Shown here: positions 55,454 to 64,000 of the stretch, piece after piece
Numbering within the stretch: position 1 is the first letter of the stretch
How the letters are laid out: the number at the start of each line of letters is the position of its first letter
Source: the human T2T-CHM13v2.0 reference genome, Homo sapiens
Reading direction: 5' to 3' (one strand)
Assembly (NCBI RefSeq): GCF_009914755.1
Contig: NC_060935.1
Length of the DNA: 64,000 bases
Made by a program: the position numbers and the translations under genes
The notes under the pieces: model-generated
Databases searched by the model: none
What the model was told of the DNA's origin: nothing
The model's input: the letters and a program-made list of their open reading frames with translations, nothing else

Positions 55454-55877
55454 TCATCACATCACATTGTACTCCATAAATATATAGAGTTATTGTCAAT
55501 TAAAATAAATATATACATTGAGAAACATATAGCAAAATATGAATCTAAATTGCACACTTTGATTAGTCTTAAACATGTATTTTGCTTATGTCTTTATTCA
55601 ACAACAAAGAAAGTTTCCTTATGCTTTATATCCTCATAGGCCACTTGCATTAAAATACAAATCTCCATAAGGAGATTTTCCTCATACCCTAATCCCAAAC
55701 AACATTCCCCCATCCTTGGGTAACTGAATCCTATCCCTGGATTTATTTTGTCTTTTTCTGTTTTTTAATTTCAAATACAAAGAATCACACCATATATACT
55801 CCTTATCTGGCTTCCTTCACTCAATATATTGTTTTTGAAATTCATTTATATTGTGCATTTTTGCTGCATATTTCATT

Positions 55878-56279
55878 GATTATGTATCACTGCTAAAGCT
55901 GTCATGTTCTGACACCTCCATGAATGAGTTGTTGCTGTTAACCTTCTCTGGAGTCATTGCCATGGCCACCTTCTTGATTGTGATCATTTCCTACATCTTC
56001 ATTGCTTTTGCTATCCTAAGGATCTGCTCAGCATCAGGCAGACAGAAAGCCTTCTCCACCTGTGCCTCTAACCTAACTGCTATGGCCATATTCTACGGTA
56101 CCTTAAGCTTTAGCTACATTCAGCCAAGCTCCCAGTATTCTGTGGAACAGGAGAAAGTAGTTTCTGTGTTCTATACACTAGTGATTCCCATGTTAAACCC
56201 ATTGATATACAGTCTGAGAAACAAGGATGTAAAGCAGGCAGTGAAAAGAGCTATAGACATAAAACATTTCTCATGTTAA
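55878..56279 (+). pseudogene. OR5J7P: OR5J-subfamily 3' half (ECL2 to C-terminus), 5' half absent
   Basis: [28 protein letters not shown]...[10 protein letters not shown]...[16 protein letters not shown] resembles OR5J2. Upstream is old antisense L1-like DNA. Symbol from recalled cluster order. Confidence 0.75.
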
Positions 56280-58826
56280 TTTCAAGTCACTGTCAGTGCT
56301 ACACTATTCTACCAGAATTCATATAAATTCAATAAATTCTAGAGTGTCTGTGTTTTCATAAATCATTGTAAACTAAACGTTTATAATTCACATGAGAAAA
56401 CAAGACTGAAAAGTTGATGTGACTTGGTGAATTGACTTAATTTTAGGAAAAAAAAAAAAGCCTTAAAACTGAGCTTTCCTGAGATGTTAGGCCCATGATA
56501 TTTGAATGAACCAATCAATCCAAGAATTGCATATATATTGTCTAATGTTTGAAAAACTGAATATATTTGTGTGTATAGACTTTTAGAAATATAAAAACTT
56601 TTTTCTAAGAATTTAAATAATTAATGTACTCAAAAGATTAAGATAATTCTGTGCTTGATATTTGCTTGTATCTTTAGAAAATCTCCATATTAACTAAATA
56701 GACAGATATGATTCCAATTAAAATTTTCTAATTTTCAGGTATTTACCTAAATTTTTCTTCTTAGACACTCATGACCTAGCAACAGAAGATGGGTTGTATA
56801 TAACCTTATTATAATTCTCAGTTTGTAATAATAAACTGTTCCTAAAGTATCCAGCTAGATGTATGTATGAAATAATTCCATTTTGGTGTAAGTCCAATTC
56901 TGCACCCTTCTCATCCATCTTTTCCTTTAAGAATCTCCCTTACGTTCTTTCAAGATTAAAAAAATCAGCAATCGTCAAATCACATGATAGATGTTAATGT
57001 TTGCCTATAGGTTCAATTCTGTAATGATGCATTAGTTGATTGTATTACTTCACAAATTTCCATCGTTTTATGAATGCTATCTGTTACCAAAAAGTTCTGT
57101 GAATAATATTGGATCAATTTTGCAAATTCAAATGTAGTACATCCTGTTTTTTGCATTCTGGAGCCTGCATTAACTACTGAGATCATAGAACACAACCTCA
57201 GGTATTTACAACTAAAGTTAAGTTTTTTTGAATATTTGAGCAATTTTATATTTACTGCTTCTTACTTAGCAAACCAGATGTCACTGTGCTAGCAAGAATG
57301 ACATTTTGAAAAGCATAAGCAATTTTTATCTTTTTTATAAACAACAACAAAAACTATTGTAAGAGTACTTTTTTGTATACATTTTGAAAAATATGGGGCA
57401 TGGAAACAGATTGATTTAGAGTAAATGTGATGTTTATTCATGTATAATGTAAGTCACATTCTCTAAAATGCACTTTCAAATGGAATCATAATCTTCATTG
57501 TAATGCTTATAATAGTAGTTCATACCAATATGTTTCATGTAAGTAGAACTTTCATTTATATGGCAAGCATTATATTTATGCATATATTTTCACACTTATT
57601 CATATACAGAGAAGTGAATTTTTAAAAAGATGGTTGATAAAAGTAAATCAACTTGCCCCATCTCTCCTTAGGTAACCATTATTATATTTCTGATTCTACC
57701 ACTTAGTAGGCTAGAGTTTTTCCTACATATATTCTGATGGAGTTTATACACATAAAAGTTAAAAACAGCCCCGGACATTCTAATGCATGTTATTATCTGT
57801 GGAAGCTTATATTTTTCTGTGTTCCATACAAATACTTATTTAATAATAAAACAATGCTCATGAGCCTGGCTATGTTTAAGCAATGAGTAGTGTGATGCAG
57901 AAATGTTATATCACACAAATAAATTTGCAAATAATCATTTTTAACACACCCACATCACACTATTAAACACAAATTTTATATTTTTCATAGGATTTGAAAA
58001 CACTGGAAATACAGGTTTAGAAGATGAAGATTTAGGAAAATAAGTAAGAATTTCATTTGGCAGGTAAAATTTACCTGGCTCTGAGAATTGTTGAAACTTA
58101 ATGAAAGAGTGTGTATTTTTTTTTTTTTAACAATAAGAGTCACAGTGACATTCAAAGAAATCGTGGGTATAAATAGATGATTATTATCAAGGAGGTAGCT
58201 CTGTGCTCTTTCTTTTATTGATATTTAGGACTTGAAGTATTATTAATATAGCCATTTGTTGTTTGTAAGAGCTATAAATTCTTGATGTGGGATCTGCATT
58301 GGTTGCATATATTGCAAACATATTCTATTTCATGGTTTGTTTTATCTTTTTACTATTTATTTCCTCCTTTGACAACATTTTGTAATTTCAGCACTGTTGA
58401 TTTGTTTATTTTTTAAAAAATTTTGGTTATTTCTACCCTTATTCTAATAAGACATGTATTATCATCAAAAAAGGTTATATACTTTCTCTTACTTGCCTAT
58501 ATGGACACTCAAATATATAAATGTCATTTATTGGAAAGACACACTGTTCATTGTCTTTATCAATTTTTTAGAAATTGGGAATTCATGTATATGTAAATTA
58601 AAGATACTGAGTCAATGCTATCTCTGCTACCTCATTGATCTATTTTTTTATTCCTGTGCCAATATTTAATTGTATTAAATACTCTACCTAATATACCTAG
58701 AAATCTAGAGAGGCTACTACTTCTCCCCTATTATTCTTTTTTTCAGAAGGATTTAGCTATTTTTTCTCCCTTGTATTTTCATCTAAATTTCACACTCAGT
58801 GCAGTAAATCTTAGTGGAAGATTTCC

Positions 58827-60097
58827 TTTTTTTTTTTTAATTTGAACTTTATTTTAGATACAAGGGGTACATGTTCAGTCTTGTTACATGAGAATGTAGT
58901 ACCCAGGTACAGAGCATAGTACCTAATAGATAGTGTTTCAATCCACACGTGCCTCCCTTCCTCCCCACTCTAGTAGTCTGCAGTGTTTATTGTTCCCATG
59001 TTTATGTCTATGTTTGCTCAAAGTTTAGTCTCCACTTATCAGTTAGAAAGTGGTATTTGGTTTTCTGTTCCTGCATAATTTGCTTATGGTAATGGCCTTC
59101 AGATGCAACCATGTTGCTGCAAAGGAAATGATTTAATTCTTTTTTATGGCTGTGGTGTATATACACCACATTTTCTTTATCCAATCCACTATTGATAAAC
59201 ACCTAGGTTGATTCCATGTCTTTGCTATTGTGAATAGCATGCTGATGAACATATGAGTGCATGTGTCATTTTGGCAAAGTGGTCTGTTTTCTTTTGGGTA
59301 TATACTCAGTTACGGGATTGCTGAATCAAATTGTAGCTCTGCTTTAAGTTCTTTGAAAAAAGCTGCATAGCTACAATTATCTGATCTTTGACAAGACCAA
59401 CAAAAACAAGCAATGAGGAAAAGACTCCCTATTCAGTAAATGGTGCTGGGATAACTGGGTAGCCCTATGCAGAAGAATGAAACTGGACCCCCACTTTTCA
59501 CCACATACAAAAATTAACTCAAGATAAATTAAAGACTTAAATGTAAGACCAAAAAACTATAAAAATACTAGAAGAAAACTTATGAAATACCCTTCTTGAT
59601 ATTGGTGTTGGCAAATAGTTTACGGTTAAATCCTCAAACGCAATTGCAGCAAAAGCAAAAATTGACAAGTGAGACCTAATTAAAACAAGGAGCTTTTGTC
59701 CAGCAAAATAAACTCTTAACAGTATAAACAAACAACCTACAGAATGGGAGAAAATATTTGCAAACTATTCATCTGACAAAATTCTAATATCCAGAATCTA
59801 TAAGGAACTTAAACAAATCGACAAGCAAAAAGCAAATAATTCCATTTAAAAAATGGGCAAAGAATATGAACAGACACTTACCAAAGGAAGACACATACAG
59901 GCAGTCAATAAAAATATGAAAAAAATGCTCATCATCACTTATCATCAGAGAAATGCATCAAAACTCCAATGAGATATCATCTCACACCAGCCAGGATGGA
60001 TATGCTTAAAAAGTGAAAAAACAACAGATACTGTTCAGGCTGCAGAGAAAAGGGAATGCTTAAGCACTGTTGATGGGAATGAATTAGTTCAGCCACT
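58827..60097 (-). mobile_element. 5'-inverted (twin-primed) L1PA element
   Basis: Poly(T) plus antisense 3' end 58827-59360, sense ORF2 piece 59361-60097; TSD gtggaagatttcc / gtggaagttttcc. Confidence 0.9.
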
Positions 60098-63000
60098 GTG
60101 GAAGTTTTCCCTTTCTAATACACTGGAGTGACTGAAACAGATTTCTCTCTTCATTTGACAGATTTCATCTCATTATGTAACTCTACATAACAGCACCAGA
60201 AATGTTTCACATGAAGAATCTGCCATATATTTGAGATTTCTGAAATTTCAAATTTGTCATTCTAGCACTGATCACCAAAGCTTTGCAGATTTTTTCCCCT
60301 CCATGACAGACTCCCTACTTGGGCAAGCTTGATCCAGCAGCCTATTTCAGAATAGGTAAACAGTCCAGTGAATGAAAGATTGAAAATTCTCTATTATTTT
60401 CTAAAAGTTCTTTTAGTTTATGTAAAAATCATTGTTTTTACAGCTCACTGATGCTTCATGATATAATTTTTAAAAATCACACAGCTTTTTGTAGTCATTG
60501 ATTGGACTGTTGCCCCACAGTAACGTGTTTACCTAAATGAATGCAGAAAACTAATTTAAAATATAGCTTTTAATTCCCCATTAAAATTCTTCCTTTTGTC
60601 TTGATTTTTTAAAAAAATATTATCTATGTTTTTTATTTTTGCAATCAATATTATTTATGTTTATTTTTAAGTTCAGGCATAAAAATTCTACAACACAGAT
60701 TTTTGTTCATCCATTTTTAAAATCTTTTTTTATTTTCAGTCAAGATAAGTACTATCTCCTCTTACACTGGTTATTTATTATTACACCCTCCCTTTTAATT
60801 CTTCTTTTTTCTCAGTTTCACTTTTCTTTGGAGAACCATGAATCTTTTACCATAATTTAGCCACATACATGATATCTAAACTAGTAAATAAGTGACTGCT
60901 TCTCAAATATTTTCCAGCCCCCTCCAAAAGAGAGGTTACACGATGTGCCAAAACTTTAAATCGACTGTGTCTTTCTGATTGTCAAACCAGCAATCTTAGG
61001 TTACGTGTAAACTATATTATCCCTACATCTTCAGATGGAGCCTTCCATTTCTTAGTGAATAGGGCAGTTTTCTTCCCTCAGAGTAAATTTGTTAAAATCT
61101 TGCCTTTTACTCGTCACAAGTTAGTTGTCACATCTTTCAGAATGGTCAGGTCATAGAAGTTTGCAGCCACTTGCAGATCAGAATCACCCCAAGATATCTC
61201 TCCAATTTAGTTGTATCTAGAATTAGTAATATTACGCACTCACATTTTAATTGGAGAATGCATGCTGGCATAGGGTTATCATTCTTCTGCTAATATTTCT
61301 CTGTGAATTATTTCAGCTTGATATCAATATAACCTTAGGAGTCCATGGTTTCCTAGCTGTGATTCTGGCTACATTTATAGGCTTCCAGGCGACCAATGAT
61401 GGGTGGCCTTGCCTATGAATGTAATAGCTTCTACCCACATGGTCAGGGGATATGGGAAATTTAGTTTTTCTAAATCTTATGTCTCCTTTCTTTTCTTCTT
61501 TTATAAATTTTATTTTTAAAAATTGTGCTAGCAATATCAAGAGGGCAGTATTTTTTGCTAGCTTTCCCACTGCATGGCTTTTTCTTTTTTTTGTCTATCT
61601 ACTTAGCCAATTTCACTAGATCATAGGTTTAGGTTTTCTTAGTTTTTACACTAGGTCAGTTATATAGTATATTGGTTATAGAAACTAATTGTCATTTCTC
61701 ACCTACTTGGAAAACATAAGTTCATAAATTCCAAAATTATTTACAAAAAGCAAAACATTTTGTAAAGAAGAATTTCCTGGATATTGTCCTACTGGTAACA
61801 TACCAAAGTATTTTTACAAGAAAATTTGCTAGAGTCAATATTTTTAATGCATCCCTGAAAAGGAAGGGAAAGAGTTACAGATCCCACTAATTTGTACAGA
61901 TGCATGAAAATTTACAATTGTAATACTTAACTACTTACTTGAAACTTTAATTTTTATACATTGACTATCATGATCTCAACATTGTTGGTTAAAATCTCTG
62001 ATATTAATATGGGTATGGTATTTTCTTTTATGCAATATTACTTAGTACAATTTTTTCACTCTTTATTTCTCAATTGTCACAAAATTTTAGTTTTTATATT
62101 TATTCATGGTTATTTTATAAGATGTATATGATGATTCAAATACCTGAAATTGTCATTGAACTAAATTCATATTTTTTTCTTCAGATTGGCAAGGGCTTAC
62201 ACAGACAAGAATATTTTTTTCTACAAAAATCTGGGAATGCTGTGGTCGTCATAGTAACTAGTTAATTGGAGATAATCTCCTTTGAAAATCATAGAAGTTT
62301 GCTTCTGTAGAATAGCAGGTGCTCTACTTGTGTTTATATTGGAGTCTCCAGTTTAACATTGTCAGACATATCTTCCATTCCAATACTGATTTTGTTTATG
62401 CTGCCATGGATCAAAAATCATATGTCCCTGTTCAGCTGAAAATGTGTTACGCTTGCTTTCTTCTGTTTATTTTGTTGGTTTTTGATGGTCTTCCTTCCTC
62501 ATTCAATTCTGCAATACTGTGAAATCTACAGATTTTCTCTGACTAGACTTTCTCAGAGTGTTTATTCACTCATTGCTTAGAACATAACTAGTTCAATCAG
62601 CCTGTAATCCTGCTCTTTTTGGAGGAAGTATTATACTCTTTGCTTTTTTCTTTCCTTGACCTTTTGACAATATTTTTTTTCTGAACATTTTAAATAGATT
62701 TATTGTGTTAATTTGAAGACGTGCTTTCTTGTGTTGCAATTAGATGGTGAGTTTACATTTAACAGAATCTTCTCTGTGATAATCTTGGAAGGCTGTGTTG
62801 AAAAGGCATCCATTCATAGATTTCAATTTGCTTTTGTTAGATGTCCCACAATGTTTCCAGTGTAGACCACTGTGCATTATTTCTCATCTTGAGGTTGCTT
62901 CAGTTGTGCAGGAAGCAAAATCCAAAGTTCATTCCGTGTGAGGAAGGGCTGTGGTTGCTGATTTACAGGTAAGGTGTTTTCCTTACAACGTGCCAGAGCA

Positions 63001-63404
63001 TGATGGCCAGGTTTATTTAAAATTTTTGCTGATAAGCAGATTTACCTAGCATTTACAATGATAATTCCAATGTTTCAAAAGTATTGGATTTATATTTGGG
63101 TTTCAATGGAATTTTGTGTTGTTTATGGACCCACAGGCTTAGCATCTATTTTGAACAAATTGAACCTCACTTAAAAAGGTTTGAAAATACTCCCAGGAGC
63201 ATCATAGTGTAAACTTCATTTTTTTCTCCTGGTTTTCTGTTTTTTTTTCTTCCTCTGTGCACAAAAACAATTTCAATTATTTTTATGAATAAATCTACAA
63301 ATGTCACAGCATCTTTTACTTTTATAGTTTGTATTTCAATGTACTCTTTAAAAAATATTTTTTGAGGGGAGTGCAGTTATATCTATAGGTTGGTGCAAAA
63401 GTAA

Positions 63405-63740
<336 letters not shown>

Positions 63741-63788
63741 TTCTTTTGCTATCACTTTTAATGGGAAAAACTGAATCGCAGTTTTTAA

Positions 63789-63959
<171 letters not shown>

Positions 63960-64000
63960 TAATAGCCTCCACTTGCTGGAAGAGGAAGTCTAACTATGTT

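Overview
AT-rich, repeat-dense hominoid genomic DNA (an SVA is present, so human or a close ape) from a class II olfactory receptor (OR) cluster. The proteins and their order match the OR8H3 - OR8J3 - OR8K5 segment of the human chr11q11-12 cluster as I recall it. There are three intact single-coding-exon ORs: OR8H3 (+, 12707-13645), OR8J3 (-, 27106-28053, with an unusual DRH in place of DRY) and OR8K5 (-, 49766-50689). Four OR pseudogenes or fragments are also present: two paralogous minus-strand relics (~7.0-7.3 kb and ~23.0-23.7 kb), an OR8K5 paralogue split by an Alu that itself carries an SVA, and an OR5J-type 3' half. Two old tandem duplications are directly readable (~22-7290 vs ~19230-23290; ~31900-37730 vs ~40090-52700). 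The rest is Alu, L1, LTR and DNA-transposon relics, often nested. An ~8.3 kb old L1 carries four LTRs, including a CpG-rich solo LTR with three ARE/MARE motifs. I see no evidence of a new protein-coding system. The most notable signals are regulatory candidates (the solo LTR, HD/EBF promoter motifs, an overlapping uORF) and mechanistic scars (tailless Alu, twin-primed L1s, SVA double tail, a templated-insertion patchwork). Repeat subfamily names and pseudogene symbols come from recalled consensus sequences and were not checked by search.
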